A stretch of 63,947 nucleotides of DNA, filler included, from an uncultured bacterium (GTDB lineage Bacteria > CAYJRR01): the NCBI GenBank assembly GCA_964372275.1. It is 4 parts of 4 records of this genome, joined end to end, with 100 filler letters (N's around TTAATTAATTAA, not from the genome) between each part and the next. Parts side by side here need not be neighbours in the genome. Positions count along the whole stretch, not along the records: positions 35,881 to 53,566 come from CAYJRR010000096.1; 3 more parts are not named here. One strand, given 5' to 3'. Positions 36,691 to 46,407 of this stretch are shown piece after piece (position 1 is the first letter of the stretch; the number at the start of each line of letters is the position of its first letter). Under the pieces are notes generated by a model. That model saw nothing but the letters and a program-made list of their open reading frames with translations. It made no database searches and was not told the DNA's origin. A program made the translations under genes and the position numbers.

Positions 36691-37916
36691 AACGACACCT
36701 CCGTCCCGATCGACTCGAAGTCGGCGAATCCGACGTCGAGGTAGTCCCCGATCGCCGGGGCGTCGTTCTTGGAGGGGAGCGTCTCCAGGAACAGCCCGGC
36801 GGCGATGCGGTTCTTCACCCGCAGCTCGAGGCCGATCTGGACGGCGCCGAAGGAGTCGTGCAGGTCCTCGTCGCGCCCGTCGGCGAGCAGGTTCTCGAGC
36901 GTCGGATCGTTCTCCTGGAAGACGGCGGCGGAGCCTCCGCGGAGGTCGATCGCCGACACCCCGAAGAAGAGATAGAGATCGGGACGGGTGAGCGAGGTCG
37001 CCGGACCGGTGAGGAGCCGCGCGATCCGTCCCTGGACCATCCATCCGGTGTGCAGCTCCGGGGCGTAGCTGAAGCCGACCGAGATCCCGCCGGTCCAGGC
37101 GCGCGCCTGGGTGAAGGCCCCTTCGAACCCGGCCTGGAACCAGGCGAACGGCGGCGAGACGACCGGGAGGTCCCCCGACGCGTAGGTGCGGACGACGAGC
37201 CGGAAGGGGATCAGGTAAACGCTTCGTCCGCGGAGCGCGTCGAGGTACTCCTGGCGCGCGCCGGCGGCGCTCTTGAGCGTCTCTCCGCTGCGCAGCAGCG
37301 CCGGCGAGGCGGTCGAGGTCGAGAGCGTCTTGGCGTAGACGATCGGAAGCGCCGGCTCGAGCCCGGTGATGCGGGCGCGGAGCACCAGCGAAGAGCCCTC
37401 CGCCTCGAAGTCGAGGAACAGCGCGTGACGCGAGCCGGCGAGGTTGCCGGCCGCGGCGAGCGTCCCCGGCTCGTCGAAGCCGCGCGCCACGATCGTCCCC
37501 TTGGCACCGGAGTGGACGACCACCGCGGTGCAGGCCGGGCAGTGCGAGAGGACGACCCGGGTCCGTGGATTCCGGGTGAGCAGCGACGCGATGTGGTTCT
37601 CGACCAGCGACTGCATGCCGCTGCCGAAGCCAACCGGAACGCTGACGTCGGCGAGCACCACCGGCGTCTCGAGCGCGAACGGCGGCTGCTCGATCCAACT
37701 GTAGACCAGCTCGTCGAGCAGGTCGTAGGCCTGTAGCTGGATCTGGGCGGCCACTTCGCCCCGCAGCGTCTCGAGCTGCGCGCGCTGCGCGTCGGTAAGC
37801 TCCGTCTCGGCCGCGACCGCGGTTGCCGGCAGCACCGACGCCACCGCGGCCAGGAGCCAACGCCGCGCTCGCGGCCGCGTGCTCGCCCGGCGGAGGCGCG
37901 GCCTCAGCGGAACCAT
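36681..37916 (-). CDS. Hypothetical exported protein (CxxC, probable C-terminal beta-barrel)
   Basis: Signal peptide ending AVA-A, CPAC, alternating aromatic strands, terminal Phe (EVSFCF). Confidence 0.78.
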   Translation of the reverse strand: MVPLRPRLRRASTRPRARRWLLAAVASVLPATAVAAETELTDAQRAQLETLRGEVAAQIQLQAYDLLDELVYSWIEQPPFALETPVVLADVSVPVGFGSGMQSLVENHIASLLTRNPRTRVVLSHCPACTAVVVHSGAKGTIVARGFDEPGTLAAAGNLAGSRHALFLDFEAEGSSLVLRARITGLEPALPIVYAKTLSTSTASPALLRSGETLKSAAGARQEYLDALRGRSVYLIPFRLVVRTYASGDLPVVSPPFAWFQAGFEGAFTQARAWTGGISVGFSYAPELHTGWMVQGRIARLLTGPATSLTRPDLYLFFGVSAIDLRGGSAAVFQENDPTLENLLADGRDEDLHDSFGAVQIGLELRVKNRIAAGLFLETLPSKNDAPAIGDYLDVGFADFESIGTEVSFCF

Positions 37917-38551
37917 CGCCACCCTCCGTCCACGCACAGGCCGGCGTGGAGCAACGTCTCGCGCGGATCGACGATCGTGATCCCAAGGAGGGCATCGCCG
38001 GGGGCCAGCGCCCCTTCCGCGTGGTAGCGCGCGCAGGCGGTGGGATAGGCCTCCTTCGGATCCATCCGGCCGATCACGAGCAGGTCCCCGGCGGCGAGCA
38101 ACGGAACCCGATCGGAGACGCGGTGCCCCCGTTCCGCCAGGTCGGTCCGGGCGGCGACCGAGATCTTCGCCGCCACCGCCGCGTCCGGGTAGAAGGCGTC
38201 GACGTGCCACACCACGTCCCGCGGAGCGAGGCTCGCCGCCGTCTGCGCGATGTCGGCGGAGCTCTGGCGTAGCGTGGTGAGGACCACCTCGTCGCGGTCG
38301 GGCCGTTCGCCGAGGCGCATGAACCGCCGCTGGCAGGCCAGCGCATCGGTGACCTTCGGCGACGACAGGGTTCTCGCCGGCGGCGCGGGGACCTGGCCGG
38401 GGAACCGTTCGTGCGCCTCGACCTGGCTCATCCGGATGCACTCGAGATTCCGTGCCTCCTCCTTGCTCTGGAAGATCCCCGGAGAAGGATCGCGCGCCCG
38501 GCCGGCGAAGATCGGCAGCGACAGCAGCAGGAGGATCAGCCAGCCTTCCAT
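37904..38551 (-). CDS. Hypothetical exported/membrane-anchored protein
   Basis: N-terminal hydrophobic segment, 4 Cys, overlaps both neighbours. Confidence 0.78.
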   Translation of the reverse strand: MEGWLILLLLSLPIFAGRARDPSPGIFQSKEEARNLECIRMSQVEAHERFPGQVPAPPARTLSSPKVTDALACQRRFMRLGERPDRDEVVLTTLRQSSADIAQTAASLAPRDVVWHVDAFYPDAAVAAKISVAARTDLAERGHRVSDRVPLLAAGDLLVIGRMDPKEAYPTACARYHAEGALAPGDALLGITIVDPRETLLHAGLCVDGGWRWFR

Positions 38552-39276
38552 CAGTTTCCCGGCTCGGGCAGGTCCTGCGTCGCGGCGGCGCGAGGCGGCT
38601 CATCGAATCCACGCAGCACCGAGGCGCGGACGCGGGCGTTGAACGCGAGTTGGCTCATCTGGCGGTAGTAGTCGCGCGAGAAGTCCTGCTCATGGGTGTC
38701 CTCGGTCAGCCGTTCGGAGCGCGGTCGAACCAGGAGGTCGAGCGCCCGGTTGACCGCCCACAGTCCGGCGCCGGTGTAGCGGACGAAGCGCGCCTGCAAC
38801 GAGTCGGCGGCGAGCTGGAAGCCGTCCCGATCCCGGATCGAGACGTCCTGGGCGACGGTGTACTCGGTGATCGCCGGGACCATCGAGAGAGTCGCGAACG
38901 ACACGATCCAGAGGAAGGTCGGATTCTCCTCGTGCAGCAGGCGCGTCTTCAGCTCCAGCACGAGGTCGGGCGGGGCGGCCGGCTCCCCCGTCTCCCCCGG
39001 CGTCGCCCCGGGGCGCGGAACGACCGTCTCGACGATAGCCCCCTGGTTGGTGAAGAGGGTCTGCAGGCGCCGGCACAGCCGTTGCGCGTCGTCGGCCTTG
39101 ACGTAGTCGCCGGGGACGCAGCGGATCAGGAGTCGCGTCCCGTCGAAGTTCGGGACTTGGGGATCGAGGACGGTCGGACGCTGGAGGGACGTCAGCGGCT
39201 GGTAGACGGTGACGTTCACGCACCCCGCCGCCAATGCGACACCGATGGCAGACAGCCGGCCGAAGAACCGTCGCAT
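38551..39276 (-). CDS. Hypothetical lipoprotein
   Basis: Lipobox LAAGC, internal hydrophobic segment FLWIVSFATLSMVPA. Confidence 0.8.
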   Translation of the reverse strand: MRRFFGRLSAIGVALAAGCVNVTVYQPLTSLQRPTVLDPQVPNFDGTRLLIRCVPGDYVKADDAQRLCRRLQTLFTNQGAIVETVVPRPGATPGETGEPAAPPDLVLELKTRLLHEENPTFLWIVSFATLSMVPAITEYTVAQDVSIRDRDGFQLAADSLQARFVRYTGAGLWAVNRALDLLVRPRSERLTEDTHEQDFSRDYYRQMSQLAFNARVRASVLRGFDEPPRAAATQDLPEPGN

Positions 39277-39408
39277 GAGCGAAGTACACCCCGAGAAGCG
39301 CCCGAATCAATTCAATATCGGTGCCGGCGGAGGGTTTCGGCGGCGGACGCGGGACTCGGCGCCGGGCTCGGGTGTCGGATGCGCGCTTCGGGTTACGATC
39401 CGACGACC

Positions 39409-39753
39409 ATGCCTCCGCGGGACGGCGACGAGCCTCCGTACTGGGTGCTGATCTCCGTCCTGTTCAGCTCGATCCCGCTCGAACGGGAGGTGGCGTGGGC
39501 GCTCTACGACGCGGCCTGCGACCTGGTTGCGGCGGAACAGGAGGAGGCGGCGCTCCATACCGAAAGCGTCTCCGGCACGGTCCGCCGGACGGGGGGACAC
39601 GTGGTGATGGGCACCCTCGGCGGCCCGACCTTCGAGGCGGCGATCTCGACCCCGGCGCGCGCCGACGCGCAGGTACGTTTTTTCGTCACCCGCCAGGGGA
39701 TCGAACACCGCGAACGGAGCCAACCCCGCCCGCCACGGTCGAGCATGAACTGA
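39409..39753 (+). CDS. Small hypothetical protein
   Basis: PPYWVLISVLFSS..GGPTFEA..VRFFVTRQG. Plausible codon pattern; fills the intergenic gap. Confidence 0.65.
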   Translation: MPPRDGDEPPYWVLISVLFSSIPLEREVAWALYDAACDLVAAEQEEAALHTESVSGTVRRTGGHVVMGTLGGPTFEAAISTPARADAQVRFFVTRQGIEHRERSQPRPPRSSMN

Positions 39754-39811
39754 CGTGGAGGGCACGTTTCGACTTGCCTTGCCGGCCGGACGCCTGCGAT
39801 ACACGGGCGCC

Positions 39812-42007
39812 ATGAGAACCCCCCGTTCCCTCCTGGCCGCCCTGCCGCTCGCCCTGGCCGCCGCGGCGTGCGCCGGCCGCCCTTCCCCTTCCACCCACTC
39901 CGGCGGAGCCGCCATGACGTCTCGCCCGAATCCGTTCCTCGCCGAGAGCCCGCACACGTTCGGCTACCCGATCTTCGACCGGATCCAGGACGCCGACTTC
40001 CTCCCCGCCTTCGAGCGCGGCATGGCCGAGCAGATCGCGGAGGTGGAGCGGATCGCGAACGACCCGGCCCCCGCCACCTTCGACAACACGCTGGTGGCGC
40101 TGGAGCGCACCGGCCGGCTCCTCGACCGGGTGAGCAAGGTCTTCTTCAACCTGGTCAACGCCGACACCAACGACAGGCGCGAAAAGTTGCAGGCGGAGGT
40201 CAGTCCCAGGCTCGCGGCGCACGCCGACGCCATCGCGCTCAATCCGAAGCTGTTCGCGCGGATCCGTGCCCTCTACGACGCGCGGGCGACGTTGGGTCTC
40301 GACGCCGAAGGGACCCGCCTCGTCGAGCGCTACTACACCTACTTCGTGCGCGCCGGGGCCAAGCTCTCCGACGGCGACAAGTCGCGGATGAAGGAGATCA
40401 ACGCCGAGCTGGCGCGGCTCGAGACCGAGTTCACCCAGAAGGTGCTGGCCGAGGTGAACGCGTCGGCGGTGGTCGTCGATTCCAAGGAGGAGCTGGCGGG
40501 CCTCGACGAAGACCGGATCGCCGCCGCGGCGGAGGCGGCCAAGGAGCGCAAGCTCGAGGGGAAGTACCTCCTCGCGCTGCTCAACACCACCGGCCAGCCG
40601 GCCAACACCGACCTCGCCAACCGCGCGCTCCGGGAGCGGGTGCACAAGGCCTCCGTGGCGCGCGGCAGCCGCGGCAACGAGCACGACACGACGGCGATCG
40701 TGGCGCGCGTGGCGCGGCTTCGCGCCGAGCGGGCGCGGCTGTTGGGCTACGCCGACCACGCCTCCTTCGTCCTCGAGGACGAGACGGCGAAGACCCCCGC
40801 GGCGGTGAACGCCCGGCTGGCGCAGCTCGGCCCCGCGGCGGTCGCCAACGCCCGGCGCGAAGCGGCCGAGATCCAGAAGATCGTGAAAAAGGAGGGGGGG
40901 ACCTTCCGCGTCGAGCCGTGGGACTGGGCCTTCTACTCGGAGAAGGTGCGCAAGGAGCGCTACGACTTCGACGAATCGCAGCTCAAGCCGTACCTCGAGC
41001 TCGACCGGGTGATGAAGGACGGCGTCTTCTACGCGGCGACGCGGCTCTACGGGATCACCTTCCACGAGCGGAAGGACCTCCCCGTCTACCACCCCGACGT
41101 GCGCGTCTTCGACGTCGCGGACGCCGACGGCCAGCCGTTGGCGCTGCTGGTCGCCGACTTCTACGCCAGGCCGTCGAAGCGCGGCGGCGCCTGGATGAAC
41201 GACTACGTCTCCCAGTCGAAGCTGCTCGGGCGGAAGGCGGTGGTGGCGATCCACCTGAACGTCACCAAGCCGGCGGAGGGGCAGTCGGCCCTCCTCACCT
41301 GGGACGAGGTGACGGCGGCGTTCCACGAGTTCGGGCACGCCCTGCACGGGATGCTCTCCGACGTGCGTTTCCCCTACTTCACCGGGACCAACGTTCCGCG
41401 CGACTTCGTCGAGTATCCATCGCAGGTCAACGAGATGTGGGCGACCTGGCCGGAGGTGCTGAAGAACTACGCCAAGCACCACAAGACCGGCGAGCCGATG
41501 CCGCAGGCGCTGGTGCAGAAGGTGATCGACACCCAGAAGTTCAACCAGGGTTACGCCACGACCGAGTACCTGGCGGCGGCGATCCTCGACCAACGGTGGC
41601 ATCAGCTGGCGCCGGAGCAGGTACCCGACGCGGCCGGGGTGATGGCGTTCGAGGCGGCGGCGTTGAAGAATGCCGGCGTCGACGTGGCGGAGGTCCCGCC
41701 GCGCTACCGCACCCCCTACTTCAGCCACATCATGGGGGGCTACTCCGCCGGCTACTACGCCTACATCTGGTCGGAGGTGCTCGACGCCGACACCGTCGAG
41801 TGGTTCAAGGAGAACGGGGGGCTGACGCGCCAGAACGGCGATCGGTTCCGGCGGATGCTCCTCGGACGCGGCGGCAGCGCCGACGCGATGGCGATCTACC
41901 GCGAGTTCCGCGGCCGCGATCCCGACATCAAGCCGTTGCTGGAGCGGAGGGGCCTGAGCCTCCCCGCGGCCGGCGCGTCGACGCGGAAAGCGGCGGGGGC
42001 CCGGTAG
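39812..42007 (+). CDS. dcp: M3-family peptidyl-dipeptidase Dcp (lipoprotein)
   Basis: KRGGAWM, FHEFGHALH, PRDFVEYPSQ, GYSAGYYAYIWSEVLD. Lipobox AAAC. Confidence 0.95.
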   Translation: MRTPRSLLAALPLALAAAACAGRPSPSTHSGGAAMTSRPNPFLAESPHTFGYPIFDRIQDADFLPAFERGMAEQIAEVERIANDPAPATFDNTLVALERTGRLLDRVSKVFFNLVNADTNDRREKLQAEVSPRLAAHADAIALNPKLFARIRALYDARATLGLDAEGTRLVERYYTYFVRAGAKLSDGDKSRMKEINAELARLETEFTQKVLAEVNASAVVVDSKEELAGLDEDRIAAAAEAAKERKLEGKYLLALLNTTGQPANTDLANRALRERVHKASVARGSRGNEHDTTAIVARVARLRAERARLLGYADHASFVLEDETAKTPAAVNARLAQLGPAAVANARREAAEIQKIVKKEGGTFRVEPWDWAFYSEKVRKERYDFDESQLKPYLELDRVMKDGVFYAATRLYGITFHERKDLPVYHPDVRVFDVADADGQPLALLVADFYARPSKRGGAWMNDYVSQSKLLGRKAVVAIHLNVTKPAEGQSALLTWDEVTAAFHEFGHALHGMLSDVRFPYFTGTNVPRDFVEYPSQVNEMWATWPEVLKNYAKHHKTGEPMPQALVQKVIDTQKFNQGYATTEYLAAAILDQRWHQLAPEQVPDAAGVMAFEAAALKNAGVDVAEVPPRYRTPYFSHIMGGYSAGYYAYIWSEVLDADTVEWFKENGGLTRQNGDRFRRMLLGRGGSADAMAIYREFRGRDPDIKPLLERRGLSLPAAGASTRKAAGAR

Positions 42008-42038
42008 CTGGCGAGCGGCTTCGCGACAGGGATCGCGG

Positions 42039-44111
42039 CTACGGCGCCGAACCGGCGGAGGCGCGGTAGGCGGCGATGCCGCGGAGGAGGTGTTCCCGAC
42101 GCGCGGCGTAGCCGTCGGCGAGGCGTTCCTGCTGCTCGCGGATCTCGGACTCGGCTTCGGCGGTGGTCGAGGGGTAGTCGAGCTCCTCCGAGGCGGCGAG
42201 GATCGCCGGGTCGGAGAAGTACGGAAGGAGCTCGGCGACCGTCTGCTCGATCCGCGCGTGGAACCGCTCGGGGGTGATCCGCTCCAGCATCTCCTCCAGC
42301 GCGTCGACGTAGCGGGCGTAGCCGGTCGGATCGCCGAGCAGGCGCTTCTCCAGCCGGCCCTCGGCGCAGTAGGCGAGCCCCCACCGATCGGGGAGCGCGT
42401 ACATGCCGTGGAAGTGGCAGATCGAGTAGAGGTCGTCCATGTCCCAACTGGAGACGCCGAAGAACAGCCCGTCCGGCGAGCCGACCGCCTCGGTGGCGGA
42501 GAAGAAGACCTCGTCGACGTAGTCGCCGTCGCCGACCACGGTGTTGAAGGCGACCCATCGCAGGACCTGGTCGACGTCGACGCGGCGGCCAACGGCGGCG
42601 AGAAGCGCCTCTCCGGCGAGCGACTCCGCCTCCTGCAACATCGATTCGTACGCGGCGGCCGCGTCGACCCCCTCGGCCGCGAACTTGATCTCGGGGTCGG
42701 CGAAGTACCCCTCGTTCTTGCGGCGGAGAACCAGACGCGCTCGGGCGTGCGAGGACTTGAGCGTCTGGGTCGGCTTGGCCATCAGCAGGTAGACCCCCTG
42801 GCTCTCTCCGTCGATCGTCAGTTCCACCAGCCGCGATCGGTAGGGCATCAGCCCGAGCGCGTGGGCCATCGCGTCGGCAGTGATCTGGTTGCTGTAGGCG
42901 CGGTCACGGCACATCGAGAGCAGGAAGAACTCGTCGCTGGCCCAACCCGGAAGGAGCGCGCGGGGCGCCCCGCCCTCGAGGTCGACGTCGAAGCTCTTGC
43001 GCAGGCAGTGGAGGGAGTTCTTGCCACGGAAGTGCGCGGTGGCGGAGATGGGAGAAAGCGCCTCACCGAGCCGGACCGACAACGCGAACTCCTCCTTGCT
43101 CTCGGAGGCGTGTCGCGCGTCGTAGGCGGCGCGTTGTTCGGCGGTGAATGTGAGGTGGATCCGCCCGAACGGCGCAGGACCACCGACGGACGCCGTCGCG
43201 GCATCGCACTCCCCTTCGAGCGCGTCGGGATTCGGCTCCAGGAGCGGAATCGTCGCGGACTGCATCGGACCTTCCGGCGCGGCGATCGAAAGCGTGGCCG
43301 CATCGCACACGCCGACGCCGACCGCGCCGGCATTCGTGACGGTGTCGAGCGCCTCCGACGCGGCGGGCACCGCGCCCGCGAGCGCGTCGGCCGGCGCGTC
43401 GACCCAGACCAGCGAGGCCGCCCGCGGTGACGGCGCCGGGGCGGCGCGACCCGGCGCGAGCACGACGACCGCGCGCCGTTCGAGGGGGCCCGCGCCGTCC
43501 ACCGCCTCCATGGCGGATCGCGCCTCCTCCGTCACCTGCTCCGCGGGGAGGGGGGGGCCGGGCGCCACGGTGGCGCCCAACCCCGTCGCGGTGAGCGTCG
43601 CCAGGCGTCCGCGATCGGCGGTGAAGTCGGCGATCTGCGTCAGGGCCGCCCCCCAACGATGGACGGCGATCCGCTCCGACGCCGGGCGAGCCGCGGCGAA
43701 CTGCCCGATGGCGTCGGCGAGGATCCGTCGTTCCTCGTCGGACGCCGGATCCGGGACCAGCAGCAGCGTCGAGGTTCCCTCATACCGGCGCGGAGCGAGC
43801 CTCGCCTCCGGCGCGTCGAGACAGAAGGCGTAGTTCGCGGGAAGCGCGCGCCCGCACCCGTCCTCCAGGCGGAGGTCGACTTCGATGGCGCGTGCCGGAT
43901 GGCTCACCTGACGCAATACGACGACCTCTCCCACCCGCGTGCAGTCCGGCGGCGCCGAGACGTCGACCGGGGGTCGATCGCACGGCGCCGGTTCCGGAAG
44001 ATCTTCGTCCGCGACCGGCCCGGATCCGTCCGCGTCCCCGCGGCAGCCCGCCGTCAGGGCCGCCGCCGCAAGGATCGCCGTCCACGGTGCGCCGCCCGAG
44101 CGGTGTCGCAT
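42039..44111 (-). CDS. CotH-kinase-family lipoprotein with N-terminal vWA-like region
   Basis: Lipobox TAGC, RGKNS...KSF, GVYLL, GDGDY, WDMD. Confidence 0.78.
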   Translation of the reverse strand: MRHRSGGAPWTAILAAAALTAGCRGDADGSGPVADEDLPEPAPCDRPPVDVSAPPDCTRVGEVVVLRQVSHPARAIEVDLRLEDGCGRALPANYAFCLDAPEARLAPRRYEGTSTLLLVPDPASDEERRILADAIGQFAAARPASERIAVHRWGAALTQIADFTADRGRLATLTATGLGATVAPGPPLPAEQVTEEARSAMEAVDGAGPLERRAVVVLAPGRAAPAPSPRAASLVWVDAPADALAGAVPAASEALDTVTNAGAVGVGVCDAATLSIAAPEGPMQSATIPLLEPNPDALEGECDAATASVGGPAPFGRIHLTFTAEQRAAYDARHASESKEEFALSVRLGEALSPISATAHFRGKNSLHCLRKSFDVDLEGGAPRALLPGWASDEFFLLSMCRDRAYSNQITADAMAHALGLMPYRSRLVELTIDGESQGVYLLMAKPTQTLKSSHARARLVLRRKNEGYFADPEIKFAAEGVDAAAAYESMLQEAESLAGEALLAAVGRRVDVDQVLRWVAFNTVVGDGDYVDEVFFSATEAVGSPDGLFFGVSSWDMDDLYSICHFHGMYALPDRWGLAYCAEGRLEKRLLGDPTGYARYVDALEEMLERITPERFHARIEQTVAELLPYFSDPAILAASEELDYPSTTAEAESEIREQQERLADGYAARREHLLRGIAAYRASAGSAP

Positions 44112-44213
44112 GCCCCCAACGCTGCCGTCGCCCGGCTCCGACGCAACCCCGCACCGCGCGCCGGCCCACGGGCGCGGTCCCGGGTGGGGTCCGCGGTCGC
44201 CGAAGAGGGGCGG

Positions 44214-44621
44214 CTACATCCCGAATCCGGTCTTGGCGGTCTCTTTCAGGAGGGCCACGAGGGCCTTGCCGTCGAGGTCGTCGACGCGCTTGAAGGTGAC
44301 GCAGCTCTTTCCGATCTTCGCCTTGGGGAGCCGGTCGCGATATCGCTCGGCGACGTAGCCCTTGGCGTCGGCGGCGCAGGCGTAGAGCGAGATGTAGTTC
44401 TTGTTGCTGGCGACGCCGATCTTGAACCAGTCCCCTTCCCGTCCGCTCGGGTAGCGGTAGTGCATCGGTCCGTAGGCGAGCATCCCGGCGTGGACGAACG
44501 GCTTCAACGCCGGCACCGTCTTGCGGACCAGACGGTCGAGCCGGACGATCTCCCCTTTTCGCGGTTCCTCGAGCTGCTCGATGTACGCCTTGGGCGTCGA
44601 GGCCTTGAGCTGTCCTTTCAT
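44214..44621 (-). CDS. DUF1801 (YdhG-like) protein
   Basis: YI..L.EPR, MLAYG..HY.Y.SGREGDW, KNYISLY, GKSCVTFK. Confidence 0.88.
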   Translation of the reverse strand: MKGQLKASTPKAYIEQLEEPRKGEIVRLDRLVRKTVPALKPFVHAGMLAYGPMHYRYPSGREGDWFKIGVASNKNYISLYACAADAKGYVAERYRDRLPKAKIGKSCVTFKRVDDLDGKALVALLKETAKTGFGM

Positions 44622-46303
44622 CACGACCCTCCCAGGTAGGACTTGGCGGCGGCGACCTCGGCGCGCGGGCTGTCGGGGCTCGCGATCTCGACGATGCGTT
44701 CGTAGTAGCGGCGGGCGGAGACCTTGTCCCCGTTCCGGTCGGCGGCGACGGCCGCGCCGTAGAGGCTGTTGAGGCGATTGGGGCTCAGGGCGAGCGTCTT
44801 CTCGTATTCGTACCGCGCCTCGCCGAACCGTCCGTTCTCGATGAGGAAGTCGGCGAGCAGCTCGCGGGCCGGCAGGAGCGAGCCGGGGCTGACCGGGTGC
44901 TTGCCGAGCAGATCGTCGGCGTCGGCGGCGGTCACCAGGAGCGTCTCGGCGTTCTCCTTCTTCCCTTCGGCGAAGGCGATCCACCCGCGGACCGCGACCA
45001 CCTGGGTCTGGATCTGCTTGGCGAAGTACTGGAACCGCGGCTCCTCGGCCGACGCGGCCAGCGACTCGAGCCGCTCCAGGGCTCGCCGCGCCTCGTCGAT
45101 CCGTCCCCGGCGCGCCGCGCCCAGCGCGCGGGCGAAGGCGACGTGCCCTTCGGCGAAGGCGAACCGCGCAAGCGACGGATTCGTCGACACCTCGATCGCC
45201 GACGCTTCGTCCCACGCGCGGCGTTCGAGCGCGTGGCGGGAGGGGATCGCACCCAGCGCGTAGGCGAGCACGAAGTCGACCTCCGGGTGGGTCTTGCGCA
45301 CCGCCGCGGCGCGGGTCACGACCTCCTTCGCCTTGACGTCGTCCCCCCGCTGCAGGTGGCCGTAGATCAGATAGTCGAGGGCGTGCAGCTCCTCGAACGA
45401 GGTGGCGTCCGGGTGCCACGTCGCCGCGTACTGGCGCGCCGCCTCGGCGGAGGCGAGGTTGGCCTCGATCACCTCGTTCCACATCCCGAGGCGGGTGAAG
45501 ATGTGCGCCGGCATGTGGAGCACGTGCGGAACCCACGGCGCCATCGACGCGTAGGCGCGCGCCGCCGGCAGCCCCCTCCCCGCCAGCTCCGGCGAGTCGT
45601 AGCCGTGGATCAGGTAATGCGCGATCCCCGGGTGGTTGCGCCGCTTCTTCCAGAATCCCTCCAGGATCTCGGTCGCCTTCTTCTGGTTGGCGAGGGTCTT
45701 GTCGGTCGGCGGCGCGGTGGCGATCAGCGCCAGCGCGTAGAAGGTCGCGATCTCCACGTCCTTGGGCCTCTCGGCGTGCAGCTCGGCCATCGCCTTTTCG
45801 TAGGCGAGCGCGCGGCTGCGGTGGTCTGCCGCGGAGGGGCCGTGGCAGGTCTGCGCCGGGTCGCCGCCCGGCTGAGACGGCGCCCGGTAGAAGGCGAGCA
45901 GCGCCCGGATCAGCCCCTTCTCCACCGGCTTCTTTCCGCCCCCCAGCGACTCGGCGCGCTCGGCGGCAGCGAGACCGGCCTGCATCTCGGAATCGCTCGG
46001 CGGGGTCCACAGCGGATGCCAGTGGGTCATGGCGATCCCCCACGACGCGAGCGCGCACGACGGATCTTTCGCCGCCGCCGCCTCGAAGCCACGCCGCGCC
46101 TCCTCGTAGAAGAAGGAGTGGAGCAACGCGACCGAGCGGCTCAGATCGCGCTGCGCTTTGCGCGAGCAGGAGTTGGCGATCTTCGCCGTCCCGACCTTGC
46201 GCAGGTCACCGAGCGACGGCGGCCGCTTCGCGCCGCCGGCGCGGGCGGCGGCCGGCCACGCCGCGAGAAGTGCCGCGAGGAAGAGAAGCGCGCGAATCGT
46301 CAT
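44621..46303 (-). CDS. Exported TPR-repeat protein
   Basis: Signal peptide, LLHSFFYEEA, HPGIAHYLIHGYD, HMPAHIFTRLG.W, PNRLNSLYGA. Confidence 0.85.
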   Translation of the reverse strand: MTIRALLFLAALLAAWPAAARAGGAKRPPSLGDLRKVGTAKIANSCSRKAQRDLSRSVALLHSFFYEEARRGFEAAAAKDPSCALASWGIAMTHWHPLWTPPSDSEMQAGLAAAERAESLGGGKKPVEKGLIRALLAFYRAPSQPGGDPAQTCHGPSAADHRSRALAYEKAMAELHAERPKDVEIATFYALALIATAPPTDKTLANQKKATEILEGFWKKRRNHPGIAHYLIHGYDSPELAGRGLPAARAYASMAPWVPHVLHMPAHIFTRLGMWNEVIEANLASAEAARQYAATWHPDATSFEELHALDYLIYGHLQRGDDVKAKEVVTRAAAVRKTHPEVDFVLAYALGAIPSRHALERRAWDEASAIEVSTNPSLARFAFAEGHVAFARALGAARRGRIDEARRALERLESLAASAEEPRFQYFAKQIQTQVVAVRGWIAFAEGKKENAETLLVTAADADDLLGKHPVSPGSLLPARELLADFLIENGRFGEARYEYEKTLALSPNRLNSLYGAAVAADRNGDKVSARRYYERIVEIASPDSPRAEVAAAKSYLGGS

Positions 46304-46407
46304 GGGTCCTCCTGGCGAATGGCGCGAAGCATCCGGCGGCCGGCTCACGCGCGCAAGTACTTCGGGGCCGGTTACCCCCGGACGAGGCCGGGCTATCATG
46401 CCGCCCC

